Positions 33,539-42,758 of a stretch of DNA of 64,000 nt are shown piece after piece. The stretch is taken from positions 4,127-68,126 of the IMG/VR virus record IMGVR_UViG_3300025697_000021; one strand, 5' to 3'. The stretch's first letter is position 1. Every line of letters begins with the position of its first letter. Made by a program: the position numbers and the translations under genes. This DNA comes from a virus. The notes below the pieces were generated by a model. It saw nothing but the letters and a program-made list of their open reading frames with translations. It was not told the origin of the DNA and ran no database searches.

Positions 33539-34559
33539 CTCTAACTCCTTTGTCCAACTCGGCTTCCAGATACGCTAACAGATCCGGATTATCTTTAACA
33601 TGCTGGACTGCTCGAGCCATTCCTTGACCTAATGAAGTTTCGTCTTTAACTAAATAAACCCAAGTACCTTTTTGAACAATGAGGCCTGCACCAAGCGCCG
33701 TCTTAACAATATTATTAATATATGAAACACCTTCTCCAAATATAAGTTCCACTTCAACTTCTCTGAAAGGAGGGGCTACTTTATTCTTTACAACCTTAAT
33801 CTTAGTTTTATTACCAATAATATCTTCTTTATTTTTAATCTTACCAATACTCCTAATATCCAATCGTATAGAGGAATAGTACTTTAGGGCCATACCCCCA
33901 GCTCCTACCTCCGGACTCCCATAAGTTACCATACGCGTCCTGATTTGATTAATGAATAATAAAAAGACTCCGCCCTTAGCTACAATACCAGTAAGCTTCC
34001 GCATGGCTTGAGACATCAACCGTGCCTGAAGTCCCACATGCGAGTCTCCCATATCTCCATCGATCTCTCTTCTAGGAGTTAAAGCTGCTACCGAGTCCAC
34101 GACTATAATATCCCCAGGTCCTAGGAGACCTGCCAGGTACTCGACTGCGGAGAGCGCAGCTTCTCCGCAGTCGGGTTGTATTACCATAAGCTTTTCTACA
34201 TCTATTCCCAAATTTTGAGCATATTTAATATCTAGTGCATGCTCCGCATCTACGAATGCGCAAAGTCCTCCATGTTTTTGGGCAGAGGCAATAGCATGCA
34301 AAGTTATCGAAGTTTTCCCAACTCCAGCGGGGCCAATCACCTCCCCTATTCTTCCTTGGGGATAGCCACCTACTCCCAGAGCTTTATCCAATGATGGAAT
34401 CCCACTTGGAATAACTGGAATATCTTGAATAACTTCTCCAGCGCCCATAACCTGAATTTCTCCAGAAGTGTTAGAAATTTTATCGTATGCCTTAACAATC
34501 TTATCGATCCTAGACATCTCTTCTTCAGTTTTCTCCGTTTTCTTTTTTGACTTGGCCAT
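33531..34559 (-). CDS. recA: RecA recombinase
   Basis: LDKALGVGGYPQGRI, GPAGVGKT, DAEHALD, VDSVAALTP, ARLMSQAMRKL, FINQIR, VVKNKVAPPF; start MAKSK after SD GGAGG. Confidence 0.96.
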   Translation of the reverse strand: MAKSKKKTEKTEEEMSRIDKIVKAYDKISNTSGEIQVMGAGEVIQDIPVIPSGIPSLDKALGVGGYPQGRIGEVIGPAGVGKTSITLHAIASAQKHGGLCAFVDAEHALDIKYAQNLGIDVEKLMVIQPDCGEAALSAVEYLAGLLGPGDIIVVDSVAALTPRREIDGDMGDSHVGLQARLMSQAMRKLTGIVAKGGVFLLFINQIRTRMVTYGSPEVGAGGMALKYYSSIRLDIRSIGKIKNKEDIIGNKTKIKVVKNKVAPPFREVEVELIFGEGVSYINNIVKTALGAGLIVQKGTWVYLVKDETSLGQGMARAVQHVKDNPDLLAYLEAELDKGVRDV

Positions 34560-34589
34560 ATGTAAATCCTCCTGGATATAAATCCTAGC

Positions 34590-34627
34590 GGGATGTCTTG
34601 CCCCCTCTCCAAAAAGCAAGGCATCCC
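34590..34627 (-). promoter_or_regulatory. intergenic hairpin between ssb and recA
   Basis: GGGATGCCTTGC-N14-GCAAGACATCCC (11 of 12 pairs); no U-tract. Confidence 0.45.
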
Positions 34628-34646
34628 TAAGGAATCCGATCCTAAG

Positions 34647-36041
34647 TTACCAACTAATGTCATCCTCTTCTTCAACAGGAGCATGGTCACCCGCCGTAAA
34701 AGCGGGTGCCGGGGGAGCAGGAGTTGCAGCAGGAGCTGGCATGGGTGGTGGGGCCATCTGTGGAGCTGGTGCTACTGGAGGTGCCGCTTGTGGCATCTGT
34801 CCAGCAGGAGCTGCTACAGGGGGTGGGGTGAAGGCTGCCGGTGCGGGAGCAGCGGGTGTCATAGTTGGTGCAGGAGGCGTGGAAGGTGCCATCGTTGGTG
34901 GGGGTGTCATATGTGGAGCTGGTGCTGCCGGGGCTGCCAGGGGAGCCGCTTGTTGGGGTACAGGTATAGCAACGGGTGCAGGTGTAGCAACAGGTGCTGC
35001 TGCCGGTGTAGCAACAGGTGCCGCCTGTGGTGCAGGAGCAGCTGCAGGCTGGTTGTAACTATCTTGCTGAGGAGATGCATAAACCTTTTGCTCTGCGTAC
35101 GGCAGGACCGTTAGCAATGCTGTGGGATCTGGCATACTGGCCAGATTGGTCAAGTACGCTCTCCAGGCTTCGTCATACGGGAATACTGGACCATTCATGA
35201 CTGAGTACTCTGTTAGTAGCATAGATTGACCACTGCATTGAGTAGTATCTTTGATCACTGCCAAAACTTGCAAACCCTGAGGATTTGCAAAGTCAAAAAA
35301 TGCCGGATTGCCATACGTCTCGGCTGCTTTGTATTGCGCCTTGAGAGTAGCAATTACTGATTTGGGGGCACCGAACCAAGGAAGGTAGACGTTCTCTTCA
35401 CCCTCTTTAGCCGGTCGAGTACCCATCAACTTACCGTGATCAAATGTCATTAGGATATTGCGGTCCTGATGCCGGAACATTTGGGCTTGCTTGTACGTTT
35501 GAGCCAGGCCTGCATCCTCCTTACGAATTTTCAGGTATCCGTCCTTGTTGAGGTCCTTCTTAACGATGCCTCGCTCACGCTCTACTTGCTCCCATCGTTC
35601 ATTATGGGCACCCCAGGCCTTAGTAGTTGCTTCACAAAAAGCACATTGAGGATTAGTGAACAATGGCTTGCGACCAAGGTTCTTATCCAAGTACTCATTG
35701 AGTTTGTGAGGACAAACTACCGAAGTGAAGCCCATTGAACCATCAGGTCTCTGAAAATTCTTGACCGGGTGTGTAGGGACCTTGAAAAAGAAGGTATACA
35801 GCGTGGGCATACCATCTACGATGAGAGGATTGTCAGTAGACATACCCAATCGTTTGGCATTCTCTGGAGTTTGGTTGAAAATACCCCAAGTATCTGGTTG
35901 GAAGAGCGGAATAAACAGCTCGTTGGTGTACTGAGTTCCTGCCTCTACGGGCAGGGGCTTGTACATAGCCAAAGAAGCTGTTTGGGTACTGTTGTCCGCA
36001 GCTTCGTCTCTGTCCATGTCCATTGTCATCTTAATTGTCAT
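34647..36041 (-). CDS. single-stranded DNA-binding protein (gp32-like)
   Basis: H...CPH...CAFCE zinc motif, long Pro/Ala linker, acidic-aromatic tail EEEDDISW; next to recA. Confidence 0.7.
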   Translation of the reverse strand: MTIKMTMDMDRDEAADNSTQTASLAMYKPLPVEAGTQYTNELFIPLFQPDTWGIFNQTPENAKRLGMSTDNPLIVDGMPTLYTFFFKVPTHPVKNFQRPDGSMGFTSVVCPHKLNEYLDKNLGRKPLFTNPQCAFCEATTKAWGAHNERWEQVERERGIVKKDLNKDGYLKIRKEDAGLAQTYKQAQMFRHQDRNILMTFDHGKLMGTRPAKEGEENVYLPWFGAPKSVIATLKAQYKAAETYGNPAFFDFANPQGLQVLAVIKDTTQCSGQSMLLTEYSVMNGPVFPYDEAWRAYLTNLASMPDPTALLTVLPYAEQKVYASPQQDSYNQPAAAPAPQAAPVATPAAAPVATPAPVAIPVPQQAAPLAAPAAPAPHMTPPPTMAPSTPPAPTMTPAAPAPAAFTPPPVAAPAGQMPQAAPPVAPAPQMAPPPMPAPAATPAPPAPAFTAGDHAPVEEEDDISW

Positions 36042-36379
36042 TCTTGTTCTCCTTCTTGATTATCTAACCATTCAATATCGTTCAGTTTTGCGAATACTGT
36101 GTAATACGTCCAATAATTCCGGAAAAGGCCGTTGCGGCACATCCCTCGAACACCTTTTTTCAACCTTACAACGGTTTCTCCGTCGCCTGCTCGTACCAAA
36201 TACCACCCATCTTCCAATTCGGGCTCCTTGTAAACGGGCTCCTTGTAAACGGGGATCGTTGTTACTTCTTGATAGAGTAGGTCATTGTAGATCTCTACTG
36301 CTACTGGAGTCCTGTACCCGGAGCACACCCACTTCTTTGTTACCTTATCAAAAATATCATAAGCTTTCTTCATATCCAC
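36038..36379 (-). CDS. hypothetical protein (paralog of 8516..8875)
   Basis: Shared motifs; internal 15-nt tandem duplication VYKEP x2. Confidence 0.65.
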   Translation of the reverse strand: MDMKKAYDIFDKVTKKWVCSGYRTPVAVEIYNDLLYQEVTTIPVYKEPVYKEPELEDGWYLVRAGDGETVVRLKKGVRGMCRNGLFRNYWTYYTVFAKLNDIEWLDNQEGEQE

Positions 36380-36409
36380 TCCTTCTCTGTATCCCTGTCC
36401 GGGAATTGT

Positions 36410-36598
36410 TTACTTTGATGATGCATAATCAGTTGCGTACCAACCGTTTCCTTGTAATGAGAATGAAGAGCGTGCTATCTGCTTCTCCGCCTCCATCTCT
36501 CCGCATTCCTCACATTCTTCTATTGGGTCATCAGAAAACTTCTGAATTACTTCCCATTCGTGTTCACAGGCCAAGCACTTATACACGTATAACGGCAT
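36410..36598 (-). CDS. FmdB-family zinc-ribbon protein
   Basis: MPLYVYKCLAC.H.WE..Q...DDP...CEECG...F.L.G.GWYATDY. Confidence 0.88.
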   Translation of the reverse strand: MPLYVYKCLACEHEWEVIQKFSDDPIEECEECGEMEAEKQIARSSFSLQGNGWYATDYASSK

Positions 36599-36610
36599 TC
36601 TTACTCCTTG

Positions 36611-37288
36611 CTACTTACCACCGTGACTTGACATAGACTTCATCAATTCACGTTCCTGTTTATCTTCTGAATATGACATTGGCATATTCCCATGTTTAGC
36701 TTGCAAAAGACTCGTCAGGTCCTTCATATGGTAGGACCTACTGTCGAGTCTTTTAGCTATATTCTGAAAAGTCAAAAAATTCTTCTCCAAATGTTTGGTC
36801 GTATTGACCAATGTCTCAAAGTACCATGCTGGAGACATATTTAAATACTTATACATGATCCGCTTGAAAGAGTCAAGGTCATAAGACTCAAAATCTTTTC
36901 CCTTGAGAGAGGCACTTGCATAAGCAATAGTTGCATATCTATCCCTCTCCACCTCAGACGTATCCACTGAGCATGCCTGAATGACAGTATCTTTGATAGT
37001 ATCAATCGTGGGCTTCTTCTCACCATATCCGATCAGAAGGTACTTTGCAAACCTTTTGTTATGCGCCCACCACTTTTTCTCAAATTCCTCCGTGAACCGT
37101 TCGTACTCATTCCGGAGATTGATTGCCATCTGCTCCCAACGAGCCTGTATCGCGGCATGGTCGCGATACAGGTCTTCTAAGCAATTCTCATCGAATTCTA
37201 AGAGATCTACAATATCAGTCTCCTCCAGTTCATCACCGCAGAGAATTGAGACTTGCCCATTGATTATGGAGACTTTAAAGTCACTCAT
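36611..37288 (-). CDS. helical protein, possibly UvsY-like recombination mediator
   Basis: FDENCLEDLYRDHAA coiled-coil pattern; location near ssb/recA; weak. Confidence 0.4.
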   Translation of the reverse strand: MSDFKVSIINGQVSILCGDELEETDIVDLLEFDENCLEDLYRDHAAIQARWEQMAINLRNEYERFTEEFEKKWWAHNKRFAKYLLIGYGEKKPTIDTIKDTVIQACSVDTSEVERDRYATIAYASASLKGKDFESYDLDSFKRIMYKYLNMSPAWYFETLVNTTKHLEKNFLTFQNIAKRLDSRSYHMKDLTSLLQAKHGNMPMSYSEDKQERELMKSMSSHGGK

Positions 37289-37968
37289 CAGGTAGACTCA
37301 TCAAATTCAAATTTACCACCGGTCCCACTCTTTGGTATAAAGGGCGGAGGGGGTGGTAAAGCAGGGGCGTTCTTGGGCGGGGCTACAGCCTCAAAGGTGG
37401 AGCCTGGGCCCACGAACGCATCCAGAGCATCATTCATACCTTCAATAAATTCCCCATTAGCTACGGCCTCTTCCTCAGTAGGATCTTTAAAGATACCCTC
37501 ATCCCAATAAGGACCGAACTTATCTACCAAAACTTTAAAATCTTCGCAGTCATGCTTGACGAGCTTCACGCCGTCTTCATGAATATGCATCATCTCATGA
37601 ATGAGAGTGCTATCCTCTACTCGCTGTAGCTCGCCCTCAGCTTGAGCAATGGAGTCATCATTGATGACGATGACATACCGGATGTCGAAAATGTCCAAGT
37701 CGATGTCTGATAGACCATCTAGCTTCAGGAGATTGAACTCCTTAAGCTTCATTACCACATATTTAGGAATCAATGTGACCGGTGCTTTGTGAATCGCGAA
37801 ACACTTACCGTGGAACTTCCCTTTGCTGCCGGACAGGCGAATAAAAATGACCTGATCCAGTTCAACATGACCAATCCACTCTGCGAAGTGATCGATCAAT
37901 CTTCCAGCTCTATCCCGCAATCCTTCATCTATCGCCCATTGTGCACCTGAATTATCTACAAAAAACAT
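37288..37968 (-). CDS. phage metallopeptidase-like protein
   Basis: LIHEMMHI (HExxH) then HDCEDF..LVDKFG. Confidence 0.8.
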   Translation of the reverse strand: MFFVDNSGAQWAIDEGLRDRAGRLIDHFAEWIGHVELDQVIFIRLSGSKGKFHGKCFAIHKAPVTLIPKYVVMKLKEFNLLKLDGLSDIDLDIFDIRYVIVINDDSIAQAEGELQRVEDSTLIHEMMHIHEDGVKLVKHDCEDFKVLVDKFGPYWDEGIFKDPTEEEAVANGEFIEGMNDALDAFVGPGSTFEAVAPPKNAPALPPPPPFIPKSGTGGKFEFDEST

Positions 37969-37982
37969 TAGTCCTCCTCATT

Positions 37983-38141
37983 TTAATCCCAAGCCCCTCT
38001 TGAAAATATAGCAATAAGTACGCAAGCGATGTAGATCCACAAAGGAATCAAAACCACTGGCCACGACCAGGCAATTAGCCCCTCAAACTTCAAAATTAGC
38101 AAAAATATCTGCGGTATACCCAACAGTAAAAAATCTAGCAT
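37983..38141 (-). CDS. small membrane protein (52 aa, WSW-x-xVL-x-PLWI type)
   Basis: Hand translation ...LILKFEGLIAWSWPVVLIPLWI...; TAATG coupling. Confidence 0.65.
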   Translation of the reverse strand: MLDFLLLGIPQIFLLILKFEGLIAWSWPVVLIPLWIYIACVLIAIFSRGAWD

Positions 38142-38509
38142 TATCCTAGCTCCTCCTCGTCTCTATTTACCGCGTTACCAAACTCACGCGCTACATCTTT
38201 TTGCCACTGAGGCCAACTTTCGATCATAGCTCTGGCCCTAGTAAACGATTGCTCAACTCGTACTTTCTTTATAAAATCCCGTAGCTCCTTTAATTTTGTG
38301 ACAGTCTCCATCTCCAATTGCTGATAGTATTCAAGGTCTATCTCTACTTTGTTTCGACAACGCTCCCAATCATAAGTAAACTCTCCAGTAGTCACGTTAT
38401 CAAGGACCTTATCGTCAGCCATTATTAAGACTTCAGCCACCTTGAAATACTTCCCCTTTGTGACCACTTTATATCGCAGCCCTGGCACCATTTCTCTTAA
38501 TTTGGTCAT
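38141..38509 (-). CDS. hypothetical protein
   Basis: ATGA coupling. Confidence 0.6.
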   Translation of the reverse strand: MTKLREMVPGLRYKVVTKGKYFKVAEVLIMADDKVLDNVTTGEFTYDWERCRNKVEIDLEYYQQLEMETVTKLKELRDFIKKVRVEQSFTRARAMIESWPQWQKDVAREFGNAVNRDEEELG

Positions 38510-38703
38510 TTCAGTTCCTCTATCATTTTTTTGACTGCATCAGCATCGATATACTCATCAAACATCTCCCAGTTCCTATGTTCGTGGGGTGAGTTATCGG
38601 CATCGACTACAAGTTCTAGAGTTCCATCAAATGACATATAAGCGTCATACTTTTCTAGAATAAAAGCTAGCTCCACAAGTATATCTTTTAAATCATCAGT
38701 CAT
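38506..38703 (-). CDS. hypothetical protein (FLxxLAxLLEKY paralog family)
   Basis: ILVELAFILEKY...IDADAVKKMI. Confidence 0.6.
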   Translation of the reverse strand: MTDDLKDILVELAFILEKYDAYMSFDGTLELVVDADNSPHEHRNWEMFDEYIDADAVKKMIEELK

Positions 38704-38926
38704 TTTCTTCTTCCATCCTCTTAACTTCTTCCCCAGCTAGTTCCCATTTACAATAAAGATCCAGAGCATAATTCTTACAAAACCCATAGATCTCGCCATC
38801 TTTACTAGCGCATTTATGTATAAAATCAATCATCTCTTCTTTTGTTTCGTCTGGACATACACGTCTAGCTCCGGGTCCACATCCGGTAGAAAGCAACAGC
38901 ACTGTGATTAAAGATAACACTTTCAT
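38696..38926 (-). CDS. small lipoprotein
   Basis: MKVLSLITVLLLSTGC lipobox; SD AAGGAG. Confidence 0.65.
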   Translation of the reverse strand: MKVLSLITVLLLSTGCGPGARRVCPDETKEEMIDFIHKCASKDGEIYGFCKNYALDLYCKWELAGEEVKRMEEEND

Positions 38927-38930
38927 AACA

Positions 38931-40022
38931 TTACTCCTTGTTAGCACAAATATTTATCATAAACATGCTCCATATTATTTTAGGATGATGAGTCCCGCCC
39001 ATTAATTCTAAGAGCGATTCCCACTGCCCAGATACTAGCTTGACCTGTTCATATGATAATGTCAACCTTTTTCTAATAACATCTGCAGGAATTCCACTCA
39101 ATAGGGTTATTTGGTCACTGTACGCACCTGAGAGCACCACCATGAAGTCCCTCAGCAGGTTCGGGACTCCATCCCGGTACAATATGTCCAGATCGTACCC
39201 CTCGTTGTACCAGCGCTCAATAGCCTCTATGCCCTTCTTAATATCCAATGAACAGAATACTGGAGCCATTGCCCTATACTGGCGTACAGACACCACTCCT
39301 ACTGCATCCTCCAAATAGCTAGAGTCGACAATGCCATCCCCGGCAGCTAAAATACACTGGTCTAGGATTTGTTGAACATCCCTCAGAGATCCGCCACCGG
39401 TCAGGCTCAACGTACTGACGAAATCCTCTGTATACTGTTTTCCCTCTTGTTCCAATATCCCACTAATACTCAACTCGAGGTCCTTACCTGAAATAGCCTT
39501 TAATGGCATACTTAGGCACCGGGATCTGATAGTATCTTCCAGTTTGTCTGGGTCTGTTGTCACGAGTATGAATGTCAATTGTTTGGGCGGCTCTTCCAGG
39601 ATCTTCAGTAACGCGGCTTGCGCTTGCTTCGAGAACATATGAGCTTCGTCAAATATGATTATACGCCTCGAGTAGGACGGGATTTGTCCTATCAGATCAT
39701 TTAAATCACGAATAAAATCAACGCCATTGTTAGAGGCGGCATCGTACTCGATTATGTCGGGGTGTGTGCCGTTTTTAGCTTCTAAACACGAAGGACACAC
39801 CCCGCAAACGTCAGAATTATCTGCGAATAAAGGGCAGTTCAACGCTGCTGCATAAATCCTTGCTAAAGTAGTTTTACCAGTTCCTCGAATACCAGTCAAG
39901 AGCATTGCCTTGATCTCTCGATTAAGGATAATGGAATTCTGAAGCATTCTACAAGTAGTTGGTTGCCCAACTACTTGAGAAAGCTTCATTGGTCTATACT
40001 TTCTAGCAATAGGCAGACTCAT
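38931..40022 (-). CDS. dnaX: DNA polymerase III gamma/tau-like clamp-loader ATPase
   Basis: ARKYRP...VVGQ, GIRGTGKTT, LNC...CGVCPSC, DAASNNGVD, DEAHM, LLKILEEPP, TIRSRC. Confidence 0.93.
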   Translation of the reverse strand: MSLPIARKYRPMKLSQVVGQPTTCRMLQNSIILNREIKAMLLTGIRGTGKTTLARIYAAALNCPLFADNSDVCGVCPSCLEAKNGTHPDIIEYDAASNNGVDFIRDLNDLIGQIPSYSRRIIIFDEAHMFSKQAQAALLKILEEPPKQLTFILVTTDPDKLEDTIRSRCLSMPLKAISGKDLELSISGILEQEGKQYTEDFVSTLSLTGGGSLRDVQQILDQCILAAGDGIVDSSYLEDAVGVVSVRQYRAMAPVFCSLDIKKGIEAIERWYNEGYDLDILYRDGVPNLLRDFMVVLSGAYSDQITLLSGIPADVIRKRLTLSYEQVKLVSGQWESLLELMGGTHHPKIIWSMFMINICANKE

Positions 40023-40187
40023 TTAGAGTCTGTCTTCTAGGGCGATTGCTACCTCGTCCAAGTCATCTGGCTCAATATCCAATTCCAGCCGGTCGCAGAA
40101 CTCAGCAATCTCCTCTCTAGGGGCCGCCTCACCACCATATTTCCAAAAAAGCGCTTCAACCAATAACATTCTTTCAGTGTCAGTCAT
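40023..40187 (-). CDS. small acidic protein (54 aa)
   Basis: Hand translation MTDTERMLLVEALFW...; SD AAGGAG. Confidence 0.55.
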   Translation of the reverse strand: MTDTERMLLVEALFWKYGGEAAPREEIAEFCDRLELDIEPDDLDEVAIALEDRL

Positions 40188-40188
40188 T

Positions 40189-40410
40189 TTAATTCTCCTT
40201 TGCTATTTCATCAATAAAGGAAGAGGTCATCTCCTCCAACTTAAGAAAAAGACGATCTTTGCAATCCTTACATAGGATACACCCGTCTAAGTTACCTTTT
40301 CCAACATCACCTGAAAACATAAGTGCATTTGTCCAACTCAAGTGAACATTGTACCCCGTTTCGGAATCCTTACCGCATACATCACACTCGTGTACTACTC
40401 TACGCCGCAT
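40189..40410 (-). CDS. small zinc-binding protein
   Basis: ECDVCG...LCKDC. Confidence 0.6.
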   Translation of the reverse strand: MRRRVVHECDVCGKDSETGYNVHLSWTNALMFSGDVGKGNLDGCILCKDCKDRLFLKLEEMTSSFIDEIAKEN

Positions 40411-40930
40411 CTATATCTCCTTTTTTAGAATTGATAAAACTCTGCACAACCCACATATCCATAGGCCTTGCTAGATTCAGAATCGGGATATTCTTGCAAA
40501 ATGCAATGCTAATTGCCGTTCCCGTTCCTCCCGTATTAATATCCCTTGTGTAGTGGCTGATGCATCCGTCTTTAGTCCAGCATATAACCAGATTAGAAGG
40601 GGTCTCCATATCCATACCCAGAACCTGGAAAGCGTTCCGGGTATGGAGCTTCTGAGCAAACTCCGGGAGTCTTACCCAAGCTGGATGGTACATTGCGGCT
40701 AATCTCTGCGCTTTATCATATGAGAACTTGTCCACGCCTTCTCCAATAGAAGCTAGGTAGATCTCTTTCAAATCCCCAGCTCCTGACTCAAAGGCCAGGT
40801 CAGCCCCTCTAGCAGCTCCTGATCGAAGGATCCATCCCATGCTATTGTATATTTTAGCGAGGGTTCGCATAACCTCCAAGACGTCCTCTGGCGTGTCTCT
40901 GCTTCCAATTCCTGTGTAATAGTTAGGCAT
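40400..40930 (-). CDS. SLOG/DprA-like nucleotide-binding protein
   Basis: YTGIGSRDTP, LRSGAARGADLAFE, RNAFQVLG, GGTGTAI. Confidence 0.8.
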   Translation of the reverse strand: MPNYYTGIGSRDTPEDVLEVMRTLAKIYNSMGWILRSGAARGADLAFESGAGDLKEIYLASIGEGVDKFSYDKAQRLAAMYHPAWVRLPEFAQKLHTRNAFQVLGMDMETPSNLVICWTKDGCISHYTRDINTGGTGTAISIAFCKNIPILNLARPMDMWVVQSFINSKKGDIDAA

Positions 40931-41504
40931 CCAAAACCTCCACTTCTTTCTCGGTAGCGCCCCAAACCTCTTTAAGGTACATTTGATACAACCTTCCGTA
41001 GCTTACTGGTCGATAATTGTGCACATCTACTCCACAGTTCACGCATCCGTGCATTTGCGTAAATAGCTTATGTACGTGACCACAGATCATAAAATCCCTA
41101 TCCGAGAGCATTGTGTATTCCGCTGGATCGTGGGCTACGTAGGTATCCACATCATAATTGAACACAATAGAGGTGTGGACACTATCAAACCCCATTTTCA
41201 AATAGTCATTTACTTTGTAATCGTCGTGGTTGCCTAAAACTAGAATCTTATGGCCCTTAAGGTTGCTAATGAAATGAGGGAGCTTCGCAAGCTTCCCCAT
41301 ACACAGGTCTCCCACGATAACCGTTACATCATCTTTATGCTTAACCGTAGCATTCCAATTTCTCACAAGTGCATGGTCCATATCACTTACGTTCTTGAAC
41401 GGACGATTGCAATACTCTAAGATCTTCGCGTGAGAGAAATGGGGATCCGCAGTAAAGAACAGTTTTTTCGGGTCTTTAGGTAGCTTTATCATACGATACT
41501 CCAA
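40923..41504 (-). CDS. calcineurin-like metallophosphoesterase
   Basis: ADPHFSH, RPF, NWN, VGD, GNHD, GHVH, NCGVD. Confidence 0.88.
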   Translation of the reverse strand: MEYRMIKLPKDPKKLFFTADPHFSHAKILEYCNRPFKNVSDMDHALVRNWNATVKHKDDVTVIVGDLCMGKLAKLPHFISNLKGHKILVLGNHDDYKVNDYLKMGFDSVHTSIVFNYDVDTYVAHDPAEYTMLSDRDFMICGHVHKLFTQMHGCVNCGVDVHNYRPVSYGRLYQMYLKEVWGATEKEVEVLDA

Positions 41505-41830
41505 TGATTATCAACTTCAATAACAAAACCCAAAGCTACTAAGTTGAAGAAATAGTCTTTGGTTTTGACCAAGGCCTTGGATAGAGTATCCCAGTCATAA
41601 TGAAAACACTTCTGGTCAGATATATAATGATCAATTGCATACGACGTAAGCATGTTGTTCAACTGAATGCTAACCCGACCTTCCGGAAATATGATTGCGG
41701 GATACCCGCCAAGACCCGACTCATCTAGATACTGTGCGCCCATACCGGGGAAAATAACGCCATTGACTTCATAAGGGAGAAAATTCAAGGTTTTCTCAAC
41801 TATTGTGCCTTCGGTAGTTTCCGTATCCAT
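41489..41830 (-). CDS. hypothetical protein
   Basis: SD AAGGAG. Confidence 0.6.
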   Translation of the reverse strand: MDTETTEGTIVEKTLNFLPYEVNGVIFPGMGAQYLDESGLGGYPAIIFPEGRVSIQLNNMLTSYAIDHYISDQKCFHYDWDTLSKALVKTKDYFFNLVALGFVIEVDNHWSIV

Positions 41831-41838
41831 ATAGCTCC

Positions 41839-42753
41839 TTAGTACCTGCTAACAGGTAGATCCAATCCGTAAAATTCTCCCATCGCTTTCTTAATGCGTC
41901 TGATGCGAGGCACCTTGTTTTCAGGCTTCGCATAACTCCAATTCGCATATTTATTGCGATTCAGTCTACTCCAGAGCCCTTCAAAGAACGTATCAGGATC
42001 TTTCCGTCCAGTCAAGCGATATTCGTTCAAAAAAAGTCGATAAGTCCCTGCCGGACTGTTTTGCCACAGATTGAAGAACAGTGCCGGAATCGGCGTATCC
42101 CACGTCCCATCCAAGAGGTTGGCAATGGTCTCATGCTCTTTCAAAGGTCTACGAGTAATAGGCAAGCACCGTTTAAACTCATTCTTGGCGAACTCTATCT
42201 GGGCAAATGCCGCATCTTCGTCCTGACCTGCCGTAGCAAAGATCTCAGCTAGATCCATAGCATGCTGCTTCTGCTTTGCAAACTTTTTGTATTTGACTCT
42301 ACCCATGCAGATGTCTGAAATTCGTTGTCGGTTCTTCTTGAGGTTAGGGATCAAGCGCTTATTGCTTCCGTCTTCCAAAATCTCGCAGAAGTAGCCACTT
42401 TCGATTCTAAACCCGAATTTCTCAAAAACTTGAGTTTGGCCTTTAATGAAATGCTCCTCGAACAAGGTCAGTTGCTCAACACCCTCAACGTCGCTGTCAA
42501 AATCGTAATCAGAGAGGCTCTTCATTGATTGAAGGAGTTTTTGTAGACGTCCGCTTGTGAATGTCCATTGAAGGTAACCCCACGTCATGCCTGTGTTGTC
42601 GTAAGACACGCAGGTGTCGTGGTTGCCCTCACAGCGGGCTACTACGCCCATAATCTTCGTCCAGGGCCCCCAGGGCTTAGGAGGAGTATACCTATTGCTA
42701 CCCATGTGTCTAGCGCCTTGATAATCATGCCATTTAGTCCACTTCATTTTCAT
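41839..42753 (-). CDS. putative lysozyme-like peptidoglycan hydrolase
   Basis: CEGNHD...YDNTGMTWGYLQWTF.SGRLQKLL resembles a lysozyme-fold Glu + GxxQ hairpin; SD AGGAGG. Confidence 0.45.
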   Translation of the reverse strand: MKMKWTKWHDYQGARHMGSNRYTPPKPWGPWTKIMGVVARCEGNHDTCVSYDNTGMTWGYLQWTFTSGRLQKLLQSMKSLSDYDFDSDVEGVEQLTLFEEHFIKGQTQVFEKFGFRIESGYFCEILEDGSNKRLIPNLKKNRQRISDICMGRVKYKKFAKQKQHAMDLAEIFATAGQDEDAAFAQIEFAKNEFKRCLPITRRPLKEHETIANLLDGTWDTPIPALFFNLWQNSPAGTYRLFLNEYRLTGRKDPDTFFEGLWSRLNRNKYANWSYAKPENKVPRIRRIKKAMGEFYGLDLPVSRY

Positions 42754-42758
42754 CCTCC

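Noticed and set aside
34593-35200. Overlapping plus-strand ORFs (Cys/Arg-rich and Gly/Ala-rich)
   Set aside because: Antisense shadows of the Pro/Ala linker of the SSB gene
35959-36636. 225-aa plus-strand ORF
   Set aside because: Lies antisense across several well-supported minus-strand genes including the FmdB-family gene; no recognisable motifs or SD
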